A DNA stretch of 64,000 nt from Truepera sp. Its GTDB lineage: Bacteria > Deinococcota > Deinococci > Deinococcales > Trueperaceae. Positions 27,616-37,744 of this stretch are shown in pieces. Both the position numbers and the translations under genes were made by a program. The notes beneath the pieces were generated by a model. It had not been told where the DNA came from. It worked only from the letters and a program-made list of their open reading frames with translations, and made no database searches. Positions within the stretch are counted from its first letter, which is position 1; the number at the start of each line of letters is the position of its first letter. The stretch is taken from contig CBDCKW010000009.1 of assembly GCA_965218435.1 (NCBI GenBank), positions 352,001 through 416,000 on the forward strand. Reading direction: 5' to 3'.

Positions 27616-28325
27616 TCCCTTTTAAGATCCAAGCGTTTGATACGTTGCCCTCGACGCAAGACGAGTTGCGGCGGCGTTTAGAAGCGGGCGAAGACGTTCA
27701 TGGGCTGGTCATCCAAGCAGCGCAGCAGACCGCAGGACGGGGGCAGCGTGCCAGGGACTGGCACGCGACTGAAGGCGGCAGCTACCAAACACTCGCCGTC
27801 CGATTTGAAAGCGCCCCACCGCCCTACGCGGCGCTCGTTTTTGCTCTCGGAATCGCTGAAGTGATGCCGACTTATGGCGTACAGGTCGGGCTCAAATGGC
27901 CGAATGACCTCTACTACCGGGGCAAAAAGTTAGCGGGGCTGCTCGTCGAACAGGTCCAAGGGCATCTACTTATCGGTGTTGGGCTGAACGTCAATAACGA
28001 GGTGCCGGAGGGCGCGGTCGGGCTGCGCGGCTGGGACGTGCAGGGGGCAAACATGATTGTCTTAGAGGGTTTGGGTCGTGGTTTCGCCCATCTGGAAGAC
28101 GAGGCGTTGAGTCTGAGCAGAGTATATGCCCCTTTTGACCTGCTTTTAGGCGAGCAAGTTGAAATCCTCACGGCAACCGGGCTCGAGACCGGCGTGGCCG
28201 CCGGAGTTGACCCCAGTGGTAGGCTTTTGCTGCAACAGGGAGAAACGCGGACAGCTTACGCTGGACGGCTGCAGACATTCTCGCTGCGGCAGCTACCGCG
28301 TTTCGCTGTACCGTCAGCTGAGTAG
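27612..28325 (+). CDS. birA: Biotin-[acetyl-CoA-carboxylase] ligase (no HTH)
   Basis: STQD, QTAGRGQ, LKWPND, KKLAGLL, IGVGLNV. Confidence 0.92.
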   Translation: MIPFKIQAFDTLPSTQDELRRRLEAGEDVHGLVIQAAQQTAGRGQRARDWHATEGGSYQTLAVRFESAPPPYAALVFALGIAEVMPTYGVQVGLKWPNDLYYRGKKLAGLLVEQVQGHLLIGVGLNVNNEVPEGAVGLRGWDVQGANMIVLEGLGRGFAHLEDEALSLSRVYAPFDLLLGEQVEILTATGLETGVAAGVDPSGRLLLQQGETRTAYAGRLQTFSLRQLPRFAVPSAE

Positions 28326-28426
28326 TACAAGACAGTTAAGCGTGTACCTAGCAGTGCAAACAGCTACATCATCAGTACATTCAGGCTGTTTTCTCGACGC
28401 TTCGTAGCCGGCAATCTCTGTAAGCT

Positions 28427-28903
28427 TTAGAGTTTTTTCGTCATAAAGACGCTGTTTGGATCGCCTTGGTACTCGGCAAACGGGCCGCAAACCTCAAACC
28501 CGTGCCGCAGATAGAGTGACCTTGCCGGGGTGAATTCAGGCATCGCCCCCGTTTCTAAGCTCAGCGTGTCGTAACCCCGCCGCTCGGCCTCGCTGACGAT
28601 GTGCGCTAACATCTTTTTAGCGACGCCCCGGCGACGGTACGCCGGTGTTGTGCGCATTGATTTGATCTCGCCGGTCTTTGAGTCTAACTCTTTGAGTGCG
28701 CCGCAACCGAGCAGTTTACCGTTTTCCCAAATCGTCCAAAAGGTGATATCCGGTGTGCGTAGTGCTTCCAAATCCAGTGCGTGAACGCTTTCGGGCGGAG
28801 TGATGTGGTGCATGTCCTCTAAATGCTCTTGGAGCAACCCTGCGATTTCTTGCCCGCTCAAATTGTCTTGGCGTAGCTCCAGCTTAGCTGCATTAGCCTT
28901 CAT
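28427..28903 (-). CDS. GNAT family N-acetyltransferase
   Basis: PPESVHAL, GCGAL, EIKSMRT, RRRGVA, LETG, SVFMTK. Confidence 0.88.
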   Translation of the reverse strand: MKANAAKLELRQDNLSGQEIAGLLQEHLEDMHHITPPESVHALDLEALRTPDITFWTIWENGKLLGCGALKELDSKTGEIKSMRTTPAYRRRGVAKKMLAHIVSEAERRGYDTLSLETGAMPEFTPARSLYLRHGFEVCGPFAEYQGDPNSVFMTKKL

Positions 28904-31154
28904 AATCGTGCCCTAATTTAACCCGTTTGCTGAGCGCCGCGACCGGGCGCGGCAGCCACCAGTTTGCCTGCCCGAATAAGAGCATGACCGACGGTACCAA
29001 CACGAGCCGCACAAGCGTCGCGTCGAGCAAGATGGCGACGGTCAGGCCCAGCGAAAGCGTTTTAATCAGCACGACGTGCGAAAACATAAAAACGGCAAAC
29101 ACGACGCCCATCACCAGTGCCGCGCTCGTAATCACGCCCCCGGTTGCGCCGACGGCGGCGACTACCGCGTCACGGTCGGACGCGCCCTGATCGTGGTGCT
29201 CGACGACCCGTGAGACTAAAAAAACTTCGTAGTCCATACTGAGACCAAAGACGATGGCGAAGATAAAGATGGGAACGCTCGTCTCAACAAAGCCGAGACC
29301 ACCCGGCAAGCCGAACACGCCAGCGCCCCAGCCGTGCTGAAAGACGAGCGTGATGACCCCGAAGGCCGCGCCGACGGTCAGGGTGTTGAGCACAATGCTT
29401 TTAAGCGGAATTAAAATAGAGCGGAAGGCGAGCCCCAACAAGATAAACGTTGCCAGGTAGACCAGGCCGATGGCGAGCGGAAACGAGCGGTAGAGGACCC
29501 CGGCCCATTCGCGCTCGATGACCGGACTACCGCCTACTTTGGCAGACAACCCCTCGGCTGCCGCGAGGTGACGTAAGTCGGCCTCGAGCCTCGCCGCCGC
29601 TGCCGGGGTAGCGGTACTTCTGGGAAACACGCGCAGCAGGGCGTAACGCCCCGAACGGCTGAGCGTCGCTTTAGCCAGCCCTGCGAGCGGGCTCTTTTGC
29701 GCCGTCTCTGGGGTAGCGTAGTAGCTGCTGACAAACAGGGGCGGCAAGGTTCCGGCGGTAGTCGGGCTTAGGATTTGAACGACGCCGGGTAGTCCGGCGG
29801 CTTGGCGCGAAAAGCTCGAGACCGCCCGGACCGAGTTGGGGTGATAAAAGCCGCGTACCCCAAAGTCAACGAGTACGTCGTACGAGCGGAGCAAACTGCC
29901 GAGCCCCAGCTCGTCTAAAACTTCTTGTGCCTGCCGCGTCGTCGTCTGTTCGGTCAGCCCGCGTACCCCGGAAAAAGCGACCTGCATCCCCGTCAGCGGA
30001 AACGCTAACAGCAATAAAATAAGGGTGCCGACGATGGTCCAGAGCAAGGGCCGGTTGGTGACAGCTTCGGCCCTTGCCTGCCAGAAACTACGACTACGAC
30101 TGCCGGGGGCGACCCGTGACAAACTAAACCGGTTGACTCGGCCGCCGAGCAGGGTAAACGCAGCCGGTAGCGCGGTCAGCGACACCAAGACGCTAAAGGT
30201 CATGACGATCACGCTGGCAATTCCCATCGACTGCACGAACGCCAGCGGCGGTACCAAGAGCGCCATCAGCGCGACCAAAACGGTCAAACCGCTGAAAGTC
30301 ACCGCCCGACCTGCAGTCTGCACCGTTTTTTGCGCAGCCTGCGCCGAACTCTCGCAGCGGGGCAACTCTTCGCGGAAGCGGTTGACCATCAGAAGCGCGT
30401 AGTCAATGCCGGTGGCGAGCCCCAGCATCGTAATCACGATCTGGGCAAAGGTGGCAAAGGCAAACACATGACCGAGTAAAAAAAGTACGGCCAGCGAAAG
30501 CGTCACCGACAACACCGCGACAAAAAGTGGCAGGGCGGCGGCGACGAGTGCGCCGAACGCCACGGTCAACACGAGCAAACTGAGGGGCAGACCGAAAAGC
30601 TCAGCGCGGAGCGAATCACGGGCGCTGATCTGATTGATCTCTTGGTCTACCGGGACGCTGCCGGTAAGGAGGAGCTCGAGCCCCGGCGTCTCAAACTCGG
30701 CGAGCAGCTCACGGATATGCGTCGTCGCCTCGTCAACGTTCGCTTTAGTTCGCCCCGACAGCGTGATCAGGGCCGCGCTCCGGGCGCTCTGCGAAAGTTT
30801 GGGTAGAGGGAGTGGGCTCCCTGAGGCGCTGTCGGTCACACTTTCAACCGCCCCCAGCGTGCGGAGCTTGGCGAGCACCGCCTTAAAATGGGCAGCGTTG
30901 GCCTTGTCCCCCCCGGAAGGCGCAGGTTTGACCTTAGCAACGAGGATCAGCTGAAAGTTGTTATTGCCCGGAAACTCGCGTAGCAGGGCACGCCGCACAT
31001 CTTGAGCGACGCTGTTAGGCGCCACGCCCGAGTCGGTCGTCAACACCTCTTCGGCGCGTCCGGCTAAAGGCAGCGCGACCACGAGCAAAAGCCCCCAAAG
31101 CGCCAGCACACGGCGCGGGTAGCGCGTACTCAGCCGACTCAGGAATCTAAGCAT
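28893..31154 (-). CDS. MMPL (RND-related) family transporter
   Basis: Two TM bundles; GIDYALL..RFREE, GLSMDYEVFLVSR, TGGVITSAA, DATLVRLVLVP. Confidence 0.93.
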   Translation of the reverse strand: MLRFLSRLSTRYPRRVLALWGLLLVVALPLAGRAEEVLTTDSGVAPNSVAQDVRRALLREFPGNNNFQLILVAKVKPAPSGGDKANAAHFKAVLAKLRTLGAVESVTDSASGSPLPLPKLSQSARSAALITLSGRTKANVDEATTHIRELLAEFETPGLELLLTGSVPVDQEINQISARDSLRAELFGLPLSLLVLTVAFGALVAAALPLFVAVLSVTLSLAVLFLLGHVFAFATFAQIVITMLGLATGIDYALLMVNRFREELPRCESSAQAAQKTVQTAGRAVTFSGLTVLVALMALLVPPLAFVQSMGIASVIVMTFSVLVSLTALPAAFTLLGGRVNRFSLSRVAPGSRSRSFWQARAEAVTNRPLLWTIVGTLILLLLAFPLTGMQVAFSGVRGLTEQTTTRQAQEVLDELGLGSLLRSYDVLVDFGVRGFYHPNSVRAVSSFSRQAAGLPGVVQILSPTTAGTLPPLFVSSYYATPETAQKSPLAGLAKATLSRSGRYALLRVFPRSTATPAAAARLEADLRHLAAAEGLSAKVGGSPVIEREWAGVLYRSFPLAIGLVYLATFILLGLAFRSILIPLKSIVLNTLTVGAAFGVITLVFQHGWGAGVFGLPGGLGFVETSVPIFIFAIVFGLSMDYEVFLVSRVVEHHDQGASDRDAVVAAVGATGGVITSAALVMGVVFAVFMFSHVVLIKTLSLGLTVAILLDATLVRLVLVPSVMLLFGQANWWLPRPVAALSKRVKLGHDYEG

Positions 31155-31248
31155 GGGCCGGGTTTAGTCGAAGTAAGTACATAGCTCCTCGCAACACGCT
31201 CACCGTACGGCGCGGAACGCTCACGTTCGGTGGTGCTTTAGCAGCGTA

Positions 31249-32040
31249 TCATACGCCAACAAACTGCTCGATAGTGCCTCTCGCCTCGCCGTTACCTGTC
31301 AAAGTTTCACCGACGAGCTGCCCGTCACGTAAAAAGACGATGCGGTCAGCGTAAAGTGCCGCCTTTGGGTCATGGGTGACCATCACGACCGTCCAACCCT
31401 CGTCTCTGACCCCGCGCTGAAACAACTCCAAAACCTCTTCGCCGGTACGCGAATCGAGGTTGCCGGTCGGTTCATCGGCCAAAATCACCGCCGGGTCGTT
31501 GATCAGGGCCCGGGCCAGCGCGACGCGTTGCTGCTGCCCCCCCGAAAGCTGCGCGGGGCGGTGCGTCAGGCGGCTTTCGATCCCCAACACAGCTGCAAGG
31601 CGGGCGAGCGTCCCTTCCGCCTCTTGGCGGCGTCCGGCAACTTCGGCGGGCAAGAGGATGTTTTCGCGGGCGCTCAAATTGGGGATCAGTTCAAACCCTT
31701 GAAAGACAAACCCCAGCTGGTCACGCCGCAACGCGGTCAGCGCGTCGTCGGACAAGTTGGCGGTCGGTTTCCCGGCAATCTCAACGGTCCCAGCGTCGGC
31801 GCTATCTAGGAGCCCCAGCAGGTGTAAAAGCGTTGATTTACCGCTTCCTGAAGGCCCCATCACGGCCACGAATTGGCCTTGGGGGACGCTCAGCTCGAGC
31901 TGAGAGAGCGCGTCAACGACTTCGCTACCCAACCGGTAGCGTTTGCTCAAGCCTTTAGCGACGAGGGCCGGAGGCCGAGTTGCAGCCGCAGACGTCTCTA
32001 TAGTCTCAGGGTTTAACGTAGTTTGCACAGAGTTCTCCAT
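31249..32040 (-). CDS. ABC transporter ATP-binding protein (LolD/MacB type)
   Basis: [26 protein letters not shown]. Real start is probably the ATG at 32040, overlapping the permease stop (TAATG). Confidence 0.93.
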   Translation of the reverse strand: MENSVQTTLNPETIETSAAATRPPALVAKGLSKRYRLGSEVVDALSQLELSVPQGQFVAVMGPSGSGKSTLLHLLGLLDSADAGTVEIAGKPTANLSDDALTALRRDQLGFVFQGFELIPNLSARENILLPAEVAGRRQEAEGTLARLAAVLGIESRLTHRPAQLSGGQQQRVALARALINDPAVILADEPTGNLDSRTGEEVLELFQRGVRDEGWTVVMVTHDPKAALYADRIVFLRDGQLVGETLTGNGEARGTIEQFVGV

Positions 32041-34595
32041 TACTCGCCGCCCAAGGCGACGACCGGTGACAACCGGGCCGCACGCCGCGCCGGAACAAGC
32101 GACGCCAACAGGCCGACCAGCGGCGACGAGATGAGGGCGACAACGATCAGTCGCCACGGATAGATAGGCGTAATGCGGTAACCCGTCAGGGCGCTCGCGC
32201 CGGTGGTGATAACCTGCGACAACAGCAGCCCGGTCAAAACCCCAAGTACCGTGCCGAGCGCGACGACGACGATCCCTTCAGCGGTCACTAAGCGCCGAAC
32301 GCCGCGCCGGGTCAGCCCGAGCGTGCGGAGGACGGCAACCTCGTGTTGCCGGCTCGAGAGGTTCATCCCCAGGGTATTGGCGACACCTAGTGCCGCGATA
32401 AAAATAGCTAAGATAAGCAGACCGTTGGTCGTGGTAAACGTCTGCTGCGTCAGGTTCAAAATCCGGGCGCGGTAATTTTGATTGAGCGTGACGTCTAGGT
32501 AGAGTTTGGGAAACGCTTTGATGAGGGCGTCTCTAGCCGTAGCCGCATTTGCGCCGGGTGGAACAGTCATGACAAATAGGTCAGGCGAGCCGCCGCCGAA
32601 CAGCTCCGCGTCTCCCAAGCTGCCGACAAACGTTTCGCCGCCGCCGGTAAAGTCAACGACCACGCCGCCGACCTTAAAGTCTTTGTAGCCGTCCGAGGTG
32701 CGAAGCGTCGCCACGTCGCCTTTTGAGACGTTGTAGCGGTCACGGATGGTATTGGCCGCTAAGACCTCGCCGCCCGCTTTAAGTGTGGTGTAGGCGTCGG
32801 CAGCGTCACCTTGACCGGGGACAAACTGAAAACGGCCGAAGCCCGACGCAGGATTAAAGCGTTCCGGGTCTACCAGCACGAGTGCGACGCTCCGGCCCTG
32901 TGGGGCGTTTTTCGGGGTGAAGCGGACGATCCGCAGACCGATCCCGCTGACCTCGGCGACTTGGGGCACCTTTTCTTTGATCTGCGCCGCAAAATCTCTA
33001 GGGAAACTGACGGGTGAGGTGACGAACAGGTCACCGACGACCGTTGTATCGACCCAGCTCTGAATCGAATGGTTGATCCCCGCGACCATCGCGCCGACAC
33101 CGATGGTGAGCCCCATCCCGACGACGACCGCGCCGACGGCGACCCCATTGCGGGTCGCGTTGCGCAGGGAAAAGCTCGAGCCCAACCTCCCAGCGAGGCC
33201 GAAAGCCCGTTCTAAAAGAGGACTTAACACCCTGAGGGTCGGTTTCAGCAAGACGGGCGTGGCGAGGCTAAAACCGGTAAAAAGTAGGCCCATCGCCAGC
33301 GCCGCACCGAAGAGCGCGGTAAACCCCCGCCACGGCGCGAGCGAAGCTGCGACCCCGGCGGCGAGGAGCACAAAACCCCACAACGGTGCGCCGCGCAGCT
33401 CTGGGCTGCTGACCGCGCGGGCTGCGGCTAAAGGCGGCGTCCTCGAGGCGCTTCGGGCGGGCAGATATCCGGCCAGGAGCGAAATCACCACCCCGACGAG
33501 GCTGGCGAGGAGCACGGCCGGAACCGGGACGACGAGCGTCCGAAACTCGAACCCGAGTGCGACCGCGTTCAGATAGGTGATCGCCGCAGACAAACCGACG
33601 CCTAAAAGCAGCCCGAAGATGATACCTAAAATGCTGACTAAAAGAGCCTCGAGCAGCGCCAAACGCTGCACCTGCCCGCGCGTCAGGCAAACTGTTCTGA
33701 GCAGGGCAAACTCCCGCTGCCGTTCTAACACACTCGCGGCAAAGGTGTTGTACGCCATAAAACCGCCCAAGGCGATGAGCGTCGCGGCTAAAATCTGGAG
33801 CCCTGACTGGAGCGTGTCCACCACGCCGGTCGCCAAGTTGCCGCTACCTGCAGGCAACGTCACGGTGTAATCTTCGCCTAGTTTGTTTTGCAGCGCCGTC
33901 TGCACCGCGCTGCTCTGACCCTGCGCAGTCAAGACCTCGAAAAACGACGCCCGTCCGCCCAGCCGGAGCGCGTCTTGTAGGTCTTGAAGCGCCATGATCC
34001 CGACGCGGCCACCGTTGGTGGTGGCGTAACCGAGGCTGTCGTCTAACAGGCCGGTGACCCTAAGCGGCAGGTCGCCGAACTGTGCAGCAAAGGTGACCAC
34101 CTCGCCGACCTTAAAACCGCGACCCTGCGCAAACCCCTCAGCGAGCGCGACGCCTTGCGACCCCGCCTCCGGCCACGTCCCTTTCGCCAAGGCGCTCGGT
34201 AGGTCGGCCGGGACGCTCGTCACACGGCCTGACAGCTGAAAGCCCGAATCCACGCCGGGAATCACCGAATCGCTTACATCGCCGATGTCACGAACCGGCT
34301 CGGCCCTGGTATTAAGGACCGGGTAGACCTTCCGCACGCCGGGTGTGTCTCGTACGGTCGCTAGAATGTCGTCAACCGAGAAGACGGAGCGGCCTTCTGC
34401 GCCAGGGGTGACGAGCAGGTCGGCTTTTCCGGCGGCGGCTTGGAGCGCACTCGAGACGTTCGCCTCGACGTTATCGCCGATGGACAGCGTGGCTAAGACT
34501 GCCGCAATCCCGAGCGCGACCCCAAGCACGGTGGCGAAGGTACGGCTTTTGTAACGGAACAGGTTTCGGCGGGCGAGGCGCAGCAGCACAGGCAT
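32040..34595 (-). CDS. ABC transporter permease with duplicated MacB-periplasmic/FtsX domains
   Basis: 851 aa; two repeats each ending in PARxAxR; ERQREFALLR and RQHEVAVLR motifs. Confidence 0.9.
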   Translation of the reverse strand: MPVLLRLARRNLFRYKSRTFATVLGVALGIAAVLATLSIGDNVEANVSSALQAAAGKADLLVTPGAEGRSVFSVDDILATVRDTPGVRKVYPVLNTRAEPVRDIGDVSDSVIPGVDSGFQLSGRVTSVPADLPSALAKGTWPEAGSQGVALAEGFAQGRGFKVGEVVTFAAQFGDLPLRVTGLLDDSLGYATTNGGRVGIMALQDLQDALRLGGRASFFEVLTAQGQSSAVQTALQNKLGEDYTVTLPAGSGNLATGVVDTLQSGLQILAATLIALGGFMAYNTFAASVLERQREFALLRTVCLTRGQVQRLALLEALLVSILGIIFGLLLGVGLSAAITYLNAVALGFEFRTLVVPVPAVLLASLVGVVISLLAGYLPARSASRTPPLAAARAVSSPELRGAPLWGFVLLAAGVAASLAPWRGFTALFGAALAMGLLFTGFSLATPVLLKPTLRVLSPLLERAFGLAGRLGSSFSLRNATRNGVAVGAVVVGMGLTIGVGAMVAGINHSIQSWVDTTVVGDLFVTSPVSFPRDFAAQIKEKVPQVAEVSGIGLRIVRFTPKNAPQGRSVALVLVDPERFNPASGFGRFQFVPGQGDAADAYTTLKAGGEVLAANTIRDRYNVSKGDVATLRTSDGYKDFKVGGVVVDFTGGGETFVGSLGDAELFGGGSPDLFVMTVPPGANAATARDALIKAFPKLYLDVTLNQNYRARILNLTQQTFTTTNGLLILAIFIAALGVANTLGMNLSSRQHEVAVLRTLGLTRRGVRRLVTAEGIVVVALGTVLGVLTGLLLSQVITTGASALTGYRITPIYPWRLIVVALISSPLVGLLASLVPARRAARLSPVVALGGE

Positions 34596-34706
34596 ATCCG
34601 CATAAGTCTAACAGGATGGGTGATACTGGAATGGTTTCCGAGGTAAGTTGAGGCCGTTTGGCTGAAGTTTTTCTAAGCAGTCTCGTCTCACTATCCCTGC
34701 TCAGCG

Positions 34707-35522
34707 TTACAGATAAGCGCCGACTTCGACCAGCTCGTATTCAGGTGAAGCCCCCAAGCAATGCCGTAAAATCGCGGTGTGACCGAAGCCGTACACGACG
34801 AGTAGGCGTTCATTTGGCGCTCCGGTAATGCGCTGCAAGTTGGCAAAGATACGCAGGTTGCGGTTATACCAGGCCGCCACCGCGTCCACGCCGGGGTATT
34901 CGTGCCCGACCCTAACCTTAAAGTGGTCTACTAAATAGACGCCATGCCACTCGAGGATATTTTCCGGCCTGTTCATTTTGAGCAGCGTTTGCCGTAAGGG
35001 TTGCTGCATCTTTTTCTCGTCCTCCGCCGCGGCGCGTTCAAGATACGCTTCTGTCCACTGGTTTAATACCTCGGTTTGCGCGTACTCACGCGCGTAAGTC
35101 TCGAGCTTCTCGTGGAGGTCAAAAGCTTCGCCCGGTTTGCCCAAAGCGTCCTCGAGGTCAAAGTCACGAGGCGGATCGTAAGCGCGGCCCCAAGCATTGA
35201 CGGCGTAGACGCGTTTGTGTCCCAGGCGCTCCGCTATCCGAAACCCGGGCTGATACGCTTCACTACCCGGAAGCTCGAAGTCTCCCTGCAAAAACTTCTG
35301 GTGGTCACGGTCCAAGGCGGCTTGCTGAAGCGCGTCAACTTCAACGGCGACTTTGGTGGGTTGAAACTCGGCCAAGCGTTCGACCACCTCTAGGATTTCG
35401 GCTTGCCGCGACGGAAGCTCGAGCCTGTGCTGCGATTTGTAACGGTCGCGCCCCTTATCGTCGACGTGAAAGGTGCCGAGGAGTAAAACGGGCGTTGGGG
35501 ACGCTCGAGCTGTGTCAGCCAT
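34707..35522 (-). CDS. DUF5694-like (TraB/GumN-related) protein
   Basis: LLGTFH, FQPTKVAVE, WYNRNLRIFAN, VVYGFGH. Confidence 0.7.
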   Translation of the reverse strand: MADTARASPTPVLLLGTFHVDDKGRDRYKSQHRLELPSRQAEILEVVERLAEFQPTKVAVEVDALQQAALDRDHQKFLQGDFELPGSEAYQPGFRIAERLGHKRVYAVNAWGRAYDPPRDFDLEDALGKPGEAFDLHEKLETYAREYAQTEVLNQWTEAYLERAAAEDEKKMQQPLRQTLLKMNRPENILEWHGVYLVDHFKVRVGHEYPGVDAVAAWYNRNLRIFANLQRITGAPNERLLVVYGFGHTAILRHCLGASPEYELVEVGAYL

Positions 35523-35683
35523 AGCTTGCTCACTTTCTTACGTTTAGGACGAGCTTGGCTCGAGGTTGCCTGAGTAGTCTATAAAGCTCGCTGTCAAAAA
35601 GTCTGTTATATAGTATGGCGGCCCACAAAAATACAGTGTGGCGACCCATCACGGCGTCTTTAAGCGTATGTTACAACGTCTTT

Positions 35684-36646
35684 ATGACCCACCCGCTCGT
35701 CAGCGTCTGTATCTTGTCGTACAACCGTAAAACCGACCTCACCCACACCCTTCAACTACTTCAAAACGACCCTTATGGGCGGCTCGAGCTGCTCGTCGCC
35801 GATAACGCTTCGCAAGACGGCACGCCCGAACTGCTAGCGCAGGAGTTTCCCGAGGTGCGCCTCTTTACGCATCCCAAAAATATTGGGATAGACGCGCTCA
35901 ATACCGCGTTTGCGGCGGCCACAGGCGAGTACGTGCTCGTCTTAGACGATGACTCGTGGCCCGAACCGGGGACCATCGAGCGGGCCGTGGCGCGGTTTGA
36001 ACAAAACCCCGGCTTGGGGCTCATCACGTGCGATATCTTGGAGCCTAAAAGCTATAAGCGCTGGGACCTCGCGTATCTGCCGCTGCACCCCGGCTACGGG
36101 CCGCAACCGTGGTTTTGCTTTTTAGGGTGTGGGTTTTTAATCCGTACGGCGCTCTTACAAAAAATCGGTGGTTACCCCGAAGGCTTCTTTTTATACGCTA
36201 ACGAAGCGCCGGTGGCCGCTGAAGTCTTTTTGCACGGCTATGACATCGAGTTTTTACCCGACGCACGGGTGTTTCACAAGATGCCCAACCGTCAGTCGGG
36301 CTTTAGTCAGTCGCACGTCTTTTACGGCCTCCGCAACGACCTGCAAACCGCGTGGCGTTACTTTCACGGCTGGCGTTACTACGACATCTTGTTGGGCCGG
36401 ATGGTGACGGGCTTTATCTTGCTGGCGACGCTCGGCCGGGGGTCACTGAAGAGTTACTTCCGGGCGCTGCGCGAAGCGCACCGGTATCAGCGCACCACCA
36501 CGCGTCGCCCCCTCCCCAAACCGGCGATGCGGCGCGCCGTCGGCGCGTTTCACGGCACGACGCTCTCGAGCCTCCTGAGCTACCGGACGCTCCGGCGGGT
36601 TTTATGGTACGCCGGATTTTATAAAGACGGGCGGGTGGTGAGCTAA
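35684..36646 (+). CDS. GT2 family glycosyltransferase
   Basis: VSVCILSYNR, DNASQDGT, LDDD, GGY..FFLY; start probably ATG 35684. Confidence 0.9.
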   Translation: MTHPLVSVCILSYNRKTDLTHTLQLLQNDPYGRLELLVADNASQDGTPELLAQEFPEVRLFTHPKNIGIDALNTAFAAATGEYVLVLDDDSWPEPGTIERAVARFEQNPGLGLITCDILEPKSYKRWDLAYLPLHPGYGPQPWFCFLGCGFLIRTALLQKIGGYPEGFFLYANEAPVAAEVFLHGYDIEFLPDARVFHKMPNRQSGFSQSHVFYGLRNDLQTAWRYFHGWRYYDILLGRMVTGFILLATLGRGSLKSYFRALREAHRYQRTTTRRPLPKPAMRRAVGAFHGTTLSSLLSYRTLRRVLWYAGFYKDGRVVS

Positions 36647-36647
36647 C

Positions 36648-37712
36648 CTACTTGCGCTCGCCGGACTGCACTGCTTTGGGTTTGGGCTCGCGTGGCGCGG
36701 TGCCCGGTGCTGCCGCCTCAGGCGCGGCGGTCTCCGCTTCCGGCCCCAACCGTCTAGCAAGGGCTACTCCTCCGAGCGTCGGCCCCAGCAAAAACGACGA
36801 ATAAAACGCGAGCAGACGCCAGACAATCACGGCCGGAACGACGGCCGCCGGATTTCCCGAACTGAGCAGGAGCGGGAGTGAAAGCTCGTAAACACCGCTG
36901 CCGCCGGGGGTTGGGACGACGTGCGACGCGGCAAAAACCAGAAACAAGATTGCCAGCGTCGGCAAGATAGGGAGCGAGAGCCCCAAATCGGCAGCGACGA
37001 CCAAAAAAATCCCAAATACGCTGATGTGAACCCCTACCGAAAGCAGTTGTAAGAGGATGTGCTGAAACCACGTGGTCGCCGAAAGCCGCGCGACGGTCGC
37101 TGTTAAACCCAACACGAACCGGTCGGCGCGGGCGCTAAAACGCCTCAGCGGACGCCACCGAAACACCCGGCTTACCAGCGTAGTGACGACTGAAAGATGA
37201 AAAACTAGCAGGTACCAGAGCCCGAAAAAAAGGGCGCTCGCCAAAACGCCGCCTAGCAGCAGCCAGCTGCCACCTGGCAGACGCTTACTCAGATAAAGCG
37301 TCAACAACGAAGCGGGCGCAAACCAAGCGTAAAAGAGCAGATCAATCACACTCGTGTAGAGCGCAACCGACCAGGCGTGTGCAGGAGCGAGCCCGTCACG
37401 CCGGAGCATCAGCGCGATAGCGGGCGCGTTGCCACTGCCGCTCGGGGTCACCGCCGCGCTAAACGCGCCCAAGATGTGACAGCGAACCGCGCTTAAGAGC
37501 CGCAAACGGTAGCGAAGCGTCCGGGCCAACAGCAAAATTCGCAACCCGCCGGAGAAAAACGACGTGCCGAGGAGCAGGGCGCTAAAAAGGAGTGCTTTAC
37601 CCGAAAGGGAAAAGATGTCGCGCAAATCGGTGGGTTTGCCGAATAACAGCGCCGCGCCGAGACCCAAAAGACCGAAAACGAGCGAGAGTAACAGGGGTCT
37701 AACGAGCCGCAT
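36648..37712 (-). CDS. Lysylphosphatidylglycerol-synthase TM / flippase-like membrane protein (UPF0104)
   Basis: About eight TM helices; SAAVTPSGSG, PTPGGSGVYE, VWRL..FY. Confidence 0.85.
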   Translation of the reverse strand: MRLVRPLLLSLVFGLLGLGAALLFGKPTDLRDIFSLSGKALLFSALLLGTSFFSGGLRILLLARTLRYRLRLLSAVRCHILGAFSAAVTPSGSGNAPAIALMLRRDGLAPAHAWSVALYTSVIDLLFYAWFAPASLLTLYLSKRLPGGSWLLLGGVLASALFFGLWYLLVFHLSVVTTLVSRVFRWRPLRRFSARADRFVLGLTATVARLSATTWFQHILLQLLSVGVHISVFGIFLVVAADLGLSLPILPTLAILFLVFAASHVVPTPGGSGVYELSLPLLLSSGNPAAVVPAVIVWRLLAFYSSFLLGPTLGGVALARRLGPEAETAAPEAAAPGTAPREPKPKAVQSGERK

Positions 37713-37744
37713 AGGGACTCCAGTAAGGCTGGTCAAATGGAAGG

